From the NCBI GenBank assembly GCA_051003155.1, contig JBPCLO010000013.1, positions 64,001-128,000 of the forward strand: a stretch of 64,000 nucleotides of DNA, written 5' to 3'. The stretch comes from Fimbriimonadales bacterium. Its GTDB lineage: Bacteria; Armatimonadota; Fimbriimonadia; Fimbriimonadales; ATM1. How positions within the stretch are numbered: position 1 is the stretch's first letter; each line of letters starts with the position of its first letter. The notes under the pieces are model-generated. The model worked only from the letters and a program-made list of their open reading frames with translations. It had not been told where the DNA came from and ran no database searches. Both the position numbers and the translations under genes were made by a program. This document shows, in pieces, positions 29,049-38,939 of the stretch.

Positions 29049-30256
29049 ACGATCAGAAACTCTACGACCGTACGGTCAAGTGCATTCGTTGTGGATTTTG
29101 CCTGGAAGCCTGCCCAACGTTCGTGCTCACCGGCCAAGAAACCGAGTCTCCACGCGGGCGCATTTACCTGGTCCGTAGCGCGATCGAGGGTGAGCTGGCT
29201 TGGGACAAGGAAGTCCTCGAGCACCTCGACACTTGTCTCGGCTGCCGCGCGTGTGAGCCGGCGTGCCCCAGCGGCGTCGAATACGGCTCGATATTGGAAA
29301 TGGCTAGGGAGCGGCTCGAAGCGCTCCCGCTTAGGCGGCCAATGGGAAAGATTGCGCGGAGGGGACTGCTCAAGGTCTTGACAACCCCGTGGCTGATGAA
29401 GCTCGGCATGCTCTGGCCGGGCAGGTGCCTGCCTATGGCCCTTTCTAAGGCCTTGAGCGGCCGGTCTCCAGAAGCGGCTACCCCAAGGCCGCAACCAGTT
29501 TCGAAAGCGCCCGCGATCCCGGAAGGCAACGCTCCCGTGTACTTCCTGGAGGGTTGCGTTATGAGCGTTATGTATGCGGGAACAAATGAGAACACAAGGT
29601 TCTTGTTGCGCCGCGCGGGTGGACGCGTGGATTCGAAGCGGCAGTGCTGCGGCGCGCTCGACCTACACGCCGGACTAGGCGACAGGGGCCGCAGCAAGGC
29701 TCGCGCTCTGATCGACTGCTGCCCCGAGGATGCGCCGGTCGTCACCAACTCGGCAGGCTGCGGCGGCGCGATGAAAGACTACGGCGACTTGCTCGCCGAC
29801 GACCCGGCCTACGCCGACAGAGCGCGCAGATTTTCAAAGAGGGTGCGCGACATTACCGAACACTTGAGTGGAGCAGACCTCGAGCTGCCCCGATCAAACC
29901 GGCATCTCCGGATCGCATACCACGACGCGTGCCATCTGGCGCATGGCCAACGCATACGTAAAGAACCCCGCGAGCTGCTTCGATCATTGCCGGGTGTGCA
30001 GTTGGTCGAGCTCGAGGAATCGGACCGATGCTGCGGCAGCGCAGGAATCTACAACCTCACCCAACCGGAACTCGCTCGCCGCCTGCTGGAGCGAAAGTGG
30101 ACCTTCATCGAACAGACGGGGGCGGAGATCGTGGCGACCGGTAACCCCGGCTGTCTCGCCTGGATCCAGCAAGCCGCCGCCGAAAAGGGTTCCGCAGTGC
30201 GCGTTATGCACATCGTCGACGTGATCGCCGAAGCGGTGCGCTCTACTTCTTCGTGA
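29045..30256 (+). CDS. glcF: Glycolate oxidase Fe-S subunit GlcF
   Basis: CxxCxxCxxxCP twice, two CCG domains, 'YHDACHL.HGQ', 'NPGC'. Confidence 0.9.
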   Translation: MNDQKLYDRTVKCIRCGFCLEACPTFVLTGQETESPRGRIYLVRSAIEGELAWDKEVLEHLDTCLGCRACEPACPSGVEYGSILEMARERLEALPLRRPMGKIARRGLLKVLTTPWLMKLGMLWPGRCLPMALSKALSGRSPEAATPRPQPVSKAPAIPEGNAPVYFLEGCVMSVMYAGTNENTRFLLRRAGGRVDSKRQCCGALDLHAGLGDRGRSKARALIDCCPEDAPVVTNSAGCGGAMKDYGDLLADDPAYADRARRFSKRVRDITEHLSGADLELPRSNRHLRIAYHDACHLAHGQRIRKEPRELLRSLPGVQLVELEESDRCCGSAGIYNLTQPELARRLLERKWTFIEQTGAEIVATGNPGCLAWIQQAAAEKGSAVRVMHIVDVIAEAVRSTSS

Positions 30257-30758
30257 AAGTGGCCTCGGCGACCTTAACCCACTTCTCGCCCTCTTTGAAC
30301 TCGAGCAGGAAGTGGACCACCTTGTCGGATTTCTTGGTAACGCTAGCACGGCTTGTCGTTGGCCCCTTCGGGTCAACGCTCCACGGCTCGCTGATCATGA
30401 CCATCTTGTCGATTTCGAAAGTCCCATGCTCGACGCGCGGCGTCGGGGCAAAGTTGGTGAATGTGTATGACGAATACCGTTTCTTCGCGGCGTCCCAGCA
30501 CAGGAAACTCGTCTCGGAGAACCTCATTCCCATCATCTGAAACGAGGACGTTGACTTTAGGAAATTGCCTTCCGTCACGGCCTTGTACGGCAATTCGACA
30601 GTTTCGTTCATGCCTTCCATCGACCACTTCACCTTGCCATTCCAGTCGCCGATCATCCACGCGATACGCTCCATTTCCGCGGACGGCTTCTCCTGCGCTG
30701 GCGCAAGGGCGAAGGCGAGCAAAGCAGCTAACGCAACGATGAACTTGATTCTCTTCAT
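30243..30758 (-). CDS. Secreted DUF1579-like protein
   Basis: Signal peptide; 'MIGDWNG', 'WDAAKKRY'; GGAGG SD. Confidence 0.65.
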   Translation of the reverse strand: MKRIKFIVALAALLAFALAPAQEKPSAEMERIAWMIGDWNGKVKWSMEGMNETVELPYKAVTEGNFLKSTSSFQMMGMRFSETSFLCWDAAKKRYSSYTFTNFAPTPRVEHGTFEIDKMVMISEPWSVDPKGPTTSRASVTKKSDKVVHFLLEFKEGEKWVKVAEATFTKK

Positions 30759-30801
30759 ATATCCTCCCTGAGACCGCCTCTGTAGGGCGGTTCATCAGAG
30801 A

Positions 30802-32643
30802 TTATGGCAACGCTTTGAAAGAAATGTGCGAGGCGTTCTTTCCCGCGAGGTAGACGCGGTGCGTGGCCTTGCGAAAGTCCTTCTCGTCCGCGTTGTAAAT
30901 GTTCACAAACGTCTGAGGGTTGCGGTCAGTTAGCGGGAACCACGACGAGTGGACCTGCACCATGATTCGGTGGCCCTTTCGAAAAGTGTGCATGACGTCC
31001 GGAAGCACGAACTCGACCTTGGTGATCCGTTTGGGGGTCAGCGGCTCGGGTTTTGACCAGCTGTTGCGATATTTGGCGCGCATGGGCTCGCCTCGAATGA
31101 GCATCTGATAGCCGCCCATGGTTACGGATTCGTTCCTGGGTGATCTCGCCGCGGTGTCGCGCGGGTATACGTCGATTAGCTTCACCACAAAGTCAGCGTC
31201 CGTGCCGGTGGTCGAAACGTGAAGCGTCGCGGTTAAGGGCCCCGCCATTGTAACGTCGTTTGAGAGGGCCGGAGTGGCGTAGGACAGCACATCGGGCCGG
31301 TTCCAGACGAAGCGCTGGTCCTCGATCATGTAGCTTCGCGCCATGCCCGTCGTGATCGTCGCGGAGTTCGGAACCGGCTTCGCCGGGTCGCTGACGTATT
31401 CGTCGAAGGCCTTTCCGACGGACGGCGTAGCTGCGAGCGATTCGCCCAGGTAGAGCTTTGCATCGCCGGCGGTCCTCGGCGGCCATTCGTCGAATTCGCG
31501 CCACTTATCCGCGCCGATGTCGAAGACGGTCGCCTCGGGTCTATTGAATTCGCCTGTGCCTTTCAAGAACTCCTTGAAGAACGGCAGCTGGAACTTTGCG
31601 CGAAAGTCCTCGGCGGTCTTGGTGGTCCACTTGATATCGTGCAGGGAGTCACCGACGCCGCCTCCCCAGGAACCGTGGTACCACGGGCCCATGACGAGAA
31701 TCGTTCGGTTGATAAGGGGACTGGCCTTTTCGATAGCTCGATAGATCGCGAGCGGTCCGTAGAGGTCTTCCGCATCGAACCAGCCGCCCACGAGCATCAC
31801 TGGAACATCGCCCACTTTCTTTAGGTGCTGCGGGACGTTCTGCTTTTGCCAGTATTCGTCGTAGTCTCCGTGCTCCATCCACTCTTTCCACAGCCGAATC
31901 TTGTCCATCCCGTACTTCTTCGCTGCGTTCTTCAGCGGGCCCATGTTGAGGAAGAACTGGTAGCCGTCGCGAGTGCCGTGACGAAAAACGTCGCCATCGT
32001 AGCGTTTGGTTGGGCCTGTTCGTGCGCGCCCGAAGCCGGCGACGAAGTTCATGGCATGAGGAAGAAAGAAGGCGCCGTTGTGGTGCATGTCGTCGCCCAG
32101 CCAGTTGTCTGCCATCGGAGCCTGCGGCGAAGCGGCTTTGAGCGCGGGGTGTGGGTCGATCAGCGCCTGCGTCGCATAGTGCCCTGGGAAACTCACGCCG
32201 GTGATGCCGACGCGTCCGTTGTGATTCTCCACGTTTTTCAGCAGCCAGTCGATCGTGTCCCATGTATCGGTGCTTTCATCGACCTGGCCCGGCTTCTTGT
32301 TGGGAATGTATGGCGTCATCCACTGAAACTCGCCCTCTGACATGTAGCGGCCACGGACGTCTTGGTTTACGAAGATAAAGCCCTCGCGAGCGAACTCCGG
32401 CGACGGCCCAAGCCTGCCGAATGAAGTGCCGTACGGACCGACGCTGTACGGCGTTCGAACCATCATGAACGGGTACTTCTGCTTCGTGTCTTTGGGGATG
32501 TAGAGAGAAGTAAACAGCTTCACGCCATCGCGCATCGGTATCTGAACTTCGCGCTTGGTGTACGCCCCCCTAGCGTTGAACGTCTCCTGGGCAGCCCCTA
32601 ACGAAACCGCCCCAAGAGCGAGAACGAGAATGTGCTTTCTCAT
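30802..32643 (-). CDS. CocE/NonD family hydrolase (alpha-amino acid ester hydrolase-like)
   Basis: 'IPMRDGVKL', 'RTPY', 'QDVRGRYMSEG', nucleophile GxSxxG (GVSFPG), 'GPWYHG'. Confidence 0.92.
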   Translation of the reverse strand: MRKHILVLALGAVSLGAAQETFNARGAYTKREVQIPMRDGVKLFTSLYIPKDTKQKYPFMMVRTPYSVGPYGTSFGRLGPSPEFAREGFIFVNQDVRGRYMSEGEFQWMTPYIPNKKPGQVDESTDTWDTIDWLLKNVENHNGRVGITGVSFPGHYATQALIDPHPALKAASPQAPMADNWLGDDMHHNGAFFLPHAMNFVAGFGRARTGPTKRYDGDVFRHGTRDGYQFFLNMGPLKNAAKKYGMDKIRLWKEWMEHGDYDEYWQKQNVPQHLKKVGDVPVMLVGGWFDAEDLYGPLAIYRAIEKASPLINRTILVMGPWYHGSWGGGVGDSLHDIKWTTKTAEDFRAKFQLPFFKEFLKGTGEFNRPEATVFDIGADKWREFDEWPPRTAGDAKLYLGESLAATPSVGKAFDEYVSDPAKPVPNSATITTGMARSYMIEDQRFVWNRPDVLSYATPALSNDVTMAGPLTATLHVSTTGTDADFVVKLIDVYPRDTAARSPRNESVTMGGYQMLIRGEPMRAKYRNSWSKPEPLTPKRITKVEFVLPDVMHTFRKGHRIMVQVHSSWFPLTDRNPQTFVNIYNADEKDFRKATHRVYLAGKNASHISFKALP

Positions 32644-33656
32644 GCGAATCCTCCGAGCAAACTGTGTTCTCCGATGACGCTCCCCGCGGCGAGAACGGAG
32701 TTCTCGATGCTCGCACTCGAGCCGATAACCGAGCCCTCGCCAATCACGCTGCGAACGATCTTGACGCCGGAACCGACCCGAACGTCCTCGAAAATTGCCG
32801 AGGCGCACACCGTCGAACCCTCGCCAATCGTTACGCCTTTGCCGATAGACGAGTGGCAGCAAACCTTTGCCGACTCGTGAACCCTGGCCTCTCCGTGAAC
32901 CGCCGAAGCACCTGTCACACTGGCCACTTGTCCCGAAACGATCGCAGCCACGGCTTCTAGGTACTGCGTAGGGCGGCCGATGTCGATCCAGTAGTCACCG
33001 CGAACGTCGCCGAACACCCTCCAACCCTCTCCGATCAGCTTGGGGAACACCTCACGCTCCACGTTGCACCTGCGCAGCGGAATCGTCTCGATGGCGGCGG
33101 CGCTCATGACGTAAAGGCCGGCGTTGATTAGGTCGGTCAGCTCATCCGCCGGACCGCTAAGAGCGCGTTTCTGCTCGTCGCTGGGCTCGTGGAAACCGCG
33201 AACCTCGCCACCTTCCCCGACGGGCACGACTCCGTATACGTGGGGGCGTGCCACTTCGTGAAGCGTCAACGTCACGTCCGCGCCACGTTCGTGGTGCTTC
33301 CTAACGATGTCCGCGATGTCGAAACCGTGGATCACGTCGCCGTTGAAGACCACGCACTCGTCGCCCGGGAAAGCGTCGTAGGCGTTGCGGATCGCCCCGC
33401 CGGTGTCGAGCGGTTCGTCTTCGACCGCGTAAACGATCTTCATTCCGATGGCCGTCCCGTCGCCGAACTCAGCCTGAACCGCCTCCCACATGTAGTTCGT
33501 CGCGAAGCAGACCTCCTTGATCCCCGCGGCCTTCAGGTAGGAGAGCTGGTATGCGAGAAGCGGCGCATTGACTAGCGGCATGAGCGGCTTTGGCCGAGTA
33601 AGAGTGAGTGGGCGGAGCCGCGTGCCGAATCCGCCTGCGATAACGATGCCACGCAT
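32640..33656 (-). CDS. NDP-sugar pyrophosphorylase (mannose-1-phosphate guanylyltransferase-like) with hexapeptide tail
   Basis: 'AGGFGTRLRPLT..RPKP', 'INAGLY', 'YWIDIG'; ATG 33656. Confidence 0.9.
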   Translation of the reverse strand: MRGIVIAGGFGTRLRPLTLTRPKPLMPLVNAPLLAYQLSYLKAAGIKEVCFATNYMWEAVQAEFGDGTAIGMKIVYAVEDEPLDTGGAIRNAYDAFPGDECVVFNGDVIHGFDIADIVRKHHERGADVTLTLHEVARPHVYGVVPVGEGGEVRGFHEPSDEQKRALSGPADELTDLINAGLYVMSAAAIETIPLRRCNVEREVFPKLIGEGWRVFGDVRGDYWIDIGRPTQYLEAVAAIVSGQVASVTGASAVHGEARVHESAKVCCHSSIGKGVTIGEGSTVCASAIFEDVRVGSGVKIVRSVIGEGSVIGSSASIENSVLAAGSVIGEHSLLGGFA

Positions 33657-33732
33657 GTGTGAAAGGATACCGGGTTCGCCTTGGTCTAGCAAGACTGCTC
33701 CACCTCCACCGTAAGTGACCGCGGAACTCCCC

Positions 33733-34263
33733 TCATTCCTCCGAGGATGAGGGCCGCCGGGCGGCCCTCTGCGCAAGCATTTTAGCCAAAACCGCCTGGC
33801 CCCCGTGGTATGCCTCGTGCTGGATCACGTGATGGAGAACCCAGCGGAGTGTGAACTCGTGCTCTTTTCCATACTTGCCGGTATGCGCCGGATCGCCGAG
33901 GCCGCGGACGGTCTCGATCGTTCGGGCCCGCACGCGGTCTTGGATAGCATAGAAATGGTCGAGCGGCTGCTTCGGGGGCGCGGGCCATCGGCCTCCGTAT
34001 TGGCGCGTCTCTTCCTCCATTAGCTCGACCCTTTCCTCTTTGGTCATCTTTCTGCCTGCCGACACGTGCTCGACCCACCAGGCCTCGCTCTCCGCCATGT
34101 GCAGGATCAGCGCACCGATGTTGTGGCCGCCGGGATAAGCGGGCCGGCCGACCAAAGCGTCGCGCACCTTGCCGAGTTCGCGTCTCCACTTCCGCGTCGT
34201 CGCTCCGAGCATTGAGATGAGGAGCTCGAGTTCGCTTCCCGCGGCTAGATCATGCGTTTCCAT
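33733..34263 (-). CDS. DinB/DUF664 family protein
   Basis: 'IGALILHMAESE..W', 'HVIQHEAYHGGQ' His triad. Confidence 0.88.
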   Translation of the reverse strand: METHDLAAGSELELLISMLGATTRKWRRELGKVRDALVGRPAYPGGHNIGALILHMAESEAWWVEHVSAGRKMTKEERVELMEEETRQYGGRWPAPPKQPLDHFYAIQDRVRARTIETVRGLGDPAHTGKYGKEHEFTLRWVLHHVIQHEAYHGGQAVLAKMLAQRAARRPSSSEE

Positions 34264-34290
34264 TTGTAAGATTATGCGTCCGCCCCCTCG

Positions 34291-34347
34291 GCAGTCGGCA
34301 GTCGTCAGTCGCCAGTCCTTCCCGGGGCAGTCGTCAGTCGGCAGTCG
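34291..34347. repeat. Heptamer tandem repeat (NCAGTCG) x7 in two blocks
   Basis: gcagtcg gcagtcg tcagtcg ccagtcc -8 nt- gcagtcg tcagtcg gcagtcg, between divergent dinB-family and pdxS genes. Confidence 0.9.
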
Positions 34348-34357
34348 TCCGCAGGGC

Positions 34358-34363
34358 TATAAT
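34358..34363 (+). promoter_or_regulatory. -10 box TATAAT, 9 nt before the pdxS ATG
   Basis: ggcTATAATtaagacggtATG, no SD. Confidence 0.7.
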
Positions 34364-34372
34364 TAAGACGGT

Positions 34373-35272
34373 ATGAAGGCGAACGGCGCGCCCGAGACGG
34401 GCACATGGCGGTTGAAGGTCGGCCTGGCGGAGATGCTGAAGGGCGGCGTGATTATGGACGTGGTCACTCCCGAGCACGCCAAGATCGCCGAGGACGCCGG
34501 CGCGGTCGCCGTGATGGCTCTCGAGCGCGTTCCCGCGGATATCCGAGCCGATGGCGGCGTCGCCCGCATGAGCGACCCGCAGATGATCAAGGGCATCAAG
34601 AAGGCCGTCTCGATCCCCGTAATGGCCAAATGCCGCATCGGCCATTTTGTGGAGGCCGAGATTCTGCAGGCGCTAGAAGTGGACTATATCGACGAGAGCG
34701 AGGTCTTGACCCCCGCCGACCCTAACCTCCACGTGTGGAAGCACGACTTCACCGTGCCGTTCGTGTGCGGCGCGCGCAACTTGGGCGAGGCGCTTCGGCG
34801 GTGCGGGGAAGGGGCGGCGATGATCCGCACGAAAGGCGAGGCCGGCACGGGCGACGTGGTGGAGGCTGTCCGGCATATGCGGAGCATCATCGCCGAGATC
34901 GCGCGTGTCCACGCGGCTCGTCAAGACGAGCTGATGTCGCTCGCCAAGGAGTTCCAGGCGCCATTCGAGTTGGTCCAAGAAGTCCACAAGACGGGCCGGC
35001 TGCCGGTCCCGAACTTTTCCGCCGGCGGAATCGCGACCCCAGCGGACGCGGCTCTGATGATGAAGCTCGGCGCGGAAGCTGTGTTCGTCGGTAGCGGAAT
35101 TTTCAAGAGCGGAGACCCGGCTCTCCGCGCGCGCGCCATCGTCGAGGCCACCGCGCACTTCAACGACGCGGATCTGCTCGCCCGAGTCAGCGAGAACCTC
35201 GGCGAACCCATGGTCGGCATCGGCGTCTCTTCGCTGACCGAGGCGGAGTTGCTGGCTCCGCGAGGTTGGTAG
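34373..35272 (+). CDS. pdxS: Pyridoxal 5'-phosphate synthase lyase subunit
   Basis: 'LKGGVIMDV', '[11 protein letters not shown]', '[11 protein letters not shown]', '[13 protein letters not shown]'. Confidence 0.98.
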   Translation: MKANGAPETGTWRLKVGLAEMLKGGVIMDVVTPEHAKIAEDAGAVAVMALERVPADIRADGGVARMSDPQMIKGIKKAVSIPVMAKCRIGHFVEAEILQALEVDYIDESEVLTPADPNLHVWKHDFTVPFVCGARNLGEALRRCGEGAAMIRTKGEAGTGDVVEAVRHMRSIIAEIARVHAARQDELMSLAKEFQAPFELVQEVHKTGRLPVPNFSAGGIATPADAALMMKLGAEAVFVGSGIFKSGDPALRARAIVEATAHFNDADLLARVSENLGEPMVGIGVSSLTEAELLAPRGW

Positions 35273-35279
35273 TTCTTGA

Positions 35280-35522
35280 TCTCCCAAAATCAACGCCGCC
35301 GACAGAGGCCGTTGCGAATCCGTTCAGATAGGCCACTGTGACAGAGTTGGCAGAGCCAGTCCATTGGACTCTGTACTAACCAATTACCCCAAGTTGGCGT
35401 CCCGAGAATACGCCGACCGTGTCCCCGCCGCCAAGATCGGTAAAGAACCACTGTGGGGAGGCGGTCGCCACCAAGGTTGCGACGAATGCTACAGCGCAGA
35501 GTTTATTGACCGGCTTTCTCAT
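35280..35522 (-). pseudogene. Remnant of a secreted repeat-protein gene related to 57107-58591
   Basis: Signal peptide + 'QWFFTDL'; in-frame TAG at 35376-35378, then 'YRVQWTGSANS..GGVDFG'; breaks off at the pdxS 3' end. Confidence 0.65.
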
Positions 35523-35714
35523 AATAGATTCCATCCAGACGGCCTCCCCTTGGCGGACAGCTACCTTACTATACCCACGGGTCATTGCAAGAGCGAACCT
35601 GCCCTCGAGCTGGTCGGCAAACACTTGGGCAGCTACAAGGCGCTGGAGATAACCGACTAACCCGACAGCCCTACGCGCGCGCGAGGCAACTGATCTGGGC
35701 CATAATGAAGCGTT

Positions 35715-36236
35715 ATGGCAAAGCGCATCGATCCTAACGATGAACTTGAACGCGTCGAACTAGACATGACTAATCCCGCGCAGCATCGCGCGCGCGAACC
35801 AGGCAAGCTGGGAAGGCCGTCCAAACTTACGGCGGCCGTCACGAAGGACATTTCTCAAGCAATAATGGTAGGCGCCTCGCGAGACTTGGCCGCGCAATAC
35901 GGCGGCATAAACCGAGCGACGTTTTACGAATGGCTGCGGCTGGGCAGGGAAGCCGAAGAAAGGGACGAAGAAAACCTGTACCTGGACTTCCTTTTGGCCG
36001 TAGAGTTCGCGGAGGCGGCTCAAGTAGTGAACGATTTGACCTTAATCAGCCTGGCGTCGGAGACGGATTGGCGGGCGGCCGCGTGGCGCTTGGAGCGGCG
36101 GTTCCCGAATGAGTACGGCAAGTCCCGCGCAGCCCTGCCTTCGGACGGCAAGACCGTCGAGGGCGGGTTCGCGGCGCGCATCGACAAGACCGAACAAGAA
36201 ATCGACGAACTGCTCCGAAAGCACAAACTAAACTAG
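35715..36236 (+). CDS. Phage terminase small subunit-like HTH protein (orphan)
   Basis: 'GRPSKLT', HTH 'GINRATFYEW', 'DWRAAAWRLERRFP.EYG' pattern; CATAAT 8 nt upstream. Confidence 0.7.
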   Translation: MAKRIDPNDELERVELDMTNPAQHRAREPGKLGRPSKLTAAVTKDISQAIMVGASRDLAAQYGGINRATFYEWLRLGREAEERDEENLYLDFLLAVEFAEAAQVVNDLTLISLASETDWRAAAWRLERRFPNEYGKSRAALPSDGKTVEGGFAARIDKTEQEIDELLRKHKLN

Positions 36237-36427
36237 ACGCCGCATGGAGCGGCGCAATTTGGTTTCTATCCTGCCATCCCCTTGGGGTGGCTGTAACGGT
36301 AGCCCGCAGCCACCGCAAGCGGTGGCAGGATAAAGACATAAGCTAGCACGAGTTGGTGGACCCGAAGGTCCGTAGCCGCTTATCCTGACCCGCCGGTGCG
36401 CCGGAAGCTCCGAGCCATAATGGGCAC

Positions 36428-37348
36428 GTGAAGCATATCGCCTTGCTGTATGCCTCCGTGCTGATGGCTGGTGTCGGCTGTTCAGCGTCCAAGACCAGCG
36501 CAGATATCGACCAGGCACTCACCTGGTTGCCGGCAAATACGGAGACTATGCTTGCTTGCAGAGGCCCGTTCGAACCTACCGGCCGATGGGAAACCGCGCT
36601 TCAAGCTTGTCAGACGGTTTCGACGATCGGACTCCCTAACGACGGCGAAGCACTGGGCCAGATCCGAGCCAATTGGATTGTTCAAGGAACACGCAATTAT
36701 CGCCCAGCGACAAGTCTCGGCCTCTGTCGCTACGACGGCTGCAAAATAATCGGACTCCGGCGAGGCGCATCTGCAGACGCCGCCGGCTGGGCACGAAAGG
36801 CCGCCGCCGACTCGTTCACATTCGCCAACCAGAAGGTTTACGTCTTCAGAGAGCGAAAGGAGACCGACCAGTGGTCATTCTATGTCACTTTCGTTGGCGA
36901 CCTAATGTTCTGCGCAACCGACAAAACGTACTTGGCACAAGTTCTAAACCGAAAGAACACGCAACCTGCGGATCGCGCACTTCCATCAAGATTGCCTCAA
37001 TGGAAGTACATCGATCGTGCGGCGCCATTCTGGGCAGTTCGGCGGTTTACTCCTCAGGCAAATAAGGCTCGCTACGGAATGAACATGGATGACGAAGGGC
37101 TTACTGGATATGCCGTGTCTCTCGACAAGCGTGCGGAGCGCTTGACCGTAATCAGTATGTCGAAGAGCCATGACGGACATGAAAAGGCGAAAGCGTTCTG
37201 GAACAACATGATGACCCCTCGGTCGACCTTCCCAGTGATTCCGCGGCTCGATGGTTACACGAAGATCGTTTTTGGCGAAAAGAAAGAAGATTGGGGAACG
37301 ATCGGCCTCTTCCTAGTGGCCGCATTGGGGCATCCAGTTTTTATCTGA
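36428..37348 (+). CDS. Hypothetical lipoprotein
   Basis: Hydrophobic leader with lipobox-like 'GVGC'; CATAAT 6 nt before GTG. Confidence 0.7.
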   Translation: MKHIALLYASVLMAGVGCSASKTSADIDQALTWLPANTETMLACRGPFEPTGRWETALQACQTVSTIGLPNDGEALGQIRANWIVQGTRNYRPATSLGLCRYDGCKIIGLRRGASADAAGWARKAAADSFTFANQKVYVFRERKETDQWSFYVTFVGDLMFCATDKTYLAQVLNRKNTQPADRALPSRLPQWKYIDRAAPFWAVRRFTPQANKARYGMNMDDEGLTGYAVSLDKRAERLTVISMSKSHDGHEKAKAFWNNMMTPRSTFPVIPRLDGYTKIVFGEKKEDWGTIGLFLVAALGHPVFI

Positions 37349-37427
37349 ATTCGCTTTCCTCCGACGGTCAGCCAATCCAAGGGGTGTCAGGATACAATAG
37401 ATCAATGAGCGGGCTCGCGATGCGGAT

Positions 37428-38678
37428 ATGAAGCATCCTGCGGCACTTGGCCTTGCCGTGCTCTGCACTATCCTAGTCGGCGCCCGGTGCTCCCGCGCGG
37501 GCGAGGAATCCGCAATGGAAATACTGCGGCAGAACCGGGATGCGATGTTCGCGCTGCAGGGTTATCGCGCCGAGTGCTACACCGTGCTTACGTACGACGA
37601 CGGAGGCAGGCCTCGCAAGTTTGAAGTAGCGACTCTGACCGCCCAAAAGCCAAACAAAATGCGCTACGACTCGTGGTGGTCCGCGTCTACGCCGAAAGAC
37701 TTGGCTGCGATTCGCTCATCGGTAGTTCCGGACATTACTTTCGCCTGCGACGGCAATCGGATGCTAAAGCAATTCGGGGACCACTACAGGGGAGACTTAA
37801 GAACGCAGCCGAAAGCAACGGCGCCCGAAGCCGTGTTTACGATTCTTGAGCCTTGGCATGGCTTTTACTCCAAGAAGAACTCCTTACATGAATCTATTGC
37901 TGAGATTCGCGCAGAGGGCCGAACGGCCGAAGTCGAGCGCGGTGGCACGGCCATGTGCGAAGGCGTGATGTGCGACAAGGTGCTCGTTCATAAGAATGTG
38001 ATCTTTCGAGAAACCGCTCACGAGTATCACGAAACCTACTATATAGGCCAATCGGACCACCTGGTGCGCCGCTGTGTACAGCACGTCACCTTCGACGGAA
38101 TATCCGGATACACGCGCGATGCGACAATCCGCAATATCGAACTCAACCCAAAGGTGAAAGCCAGTGTTTACTCGTACAGCCCTCCGCCAACGGTGAAGCT
38201 CATGCCGCCGCTAAAGGATGACCTCCCGCTCTTGCCGAATGGACGGATCGCCCCCGACTTCTCTGCGCTTGACGCAAACAGGAAGCCGATCAAGCTGTCG
38301 AACTTCCGCGGCAAAGTCGTTGTAATCGACTTTTGGGCGAGTTGGTGTGGTCCTTGCAGAGCATCTATGCCTCATACGCAAGAGGTGATAAAGAGGCTTT
38401 CAGATTCCGGCGTCCAGGTTGTTGCGCTTGCGATAGACGACGGAGAGCCCCGCGCCGCATTCGACGCTTGGGTGTCGGACAACCAGTCCAAGTACCCCAA
38501 CCTCTCGTTTGCCCATATCGATCCGAAGGAGGGCGTGAGTTCGAAGCTGTTTAATGTGTCAGGAATACCGACACAATATGTCGTCGATGGGGATGGCGTA
38601 ATCCGCGCATCGTTCGTGGGCTACGGCGGGCCGACTGACGATCTGGAGCGGGCCATCCGGGCAGCCTCGGGCTCTTAA
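37428..38678 (+). CDS. Exported TlpA-like thioredoxin/redoxin with N-terminal LolA-like domain
   Basis: 'APDFSA.D...I.LS.FRGKVVVIDFWASWCGPC', 'GIPTQYVVD'; N-terminal 'QKPNKMRYD', 'CDG'. Confidence 0.85.
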   Translation: MKHPAALGLAVLCTILVGARCSRAGEESAMEILRQNRDAMFALQGYRAECYTVLTYDDGGRPRKFEVATLTAQKPNKMRYDSWWSASTPKDLAAIRSSVVPDITFACDGNRMLKQFGDHYRGDLRTQPKATAPEAVFTILEPWHGFYSKKNSLHESIAEIRAEGRTAEVERGGTAMCEGVMCDKVLVHKNVIFRETAHEYHETYYIGQSDHLVRRCVQHVTFDGISGYTRDATIRNIELNPKVKASVYSYSPPPTVKLMPPLKDDLPLLPNGRIAPDFSALDANRKPIKLSNFRGKVVVIDFWASWCGPCRASMPHTQEVIKRLSDSGVQVVALAIDDGEPRAAFDAWVSDNQSKYPNLSFAHIDPKEGVSSKLFNVSGIPTQYVVDGDGVIRASFVGYGGPTDDLERAIRAASGS

Positions 38679-38698
38679 AGACCCCCCGGGTTTTCTTT
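38677..38698 (+). terminator. Possible intrinsic terminator after the redoxin gene
   Basis: AAGACCC-CCC-GGGTTTT followed by CTTT; weak stem. Confidence 0.35.
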
Positions 38699-38939
38699 GT
38701 GGTCGCTTTCATTGTTATCAACCACCGCCGTAAAACGACACAAACTCTCCTTCGCCCTTGGCTCGAACTATGGGAGAAGCACTGCCCATCAGCAACTACC
38801 TCCTACGTGAAACGCATCATAACGAGGACGATGGTGGCTACGTCGTGTCCCTCCACCGCTTGTACACGAACACGGGCGGCGGAAGGATAACGAACGCTAC
38901 GGCTAATTATCCTCCACCTATGCTGACCTTAGGCATGGC

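Noticed and set aside
35376..35378. Programmed TAG readthrough (pyrrolysine or recoding)
   Set aside because: The gene is also truncated shortly afterwards, and TAG is used as a normal stop by intact genes such as pdxS.
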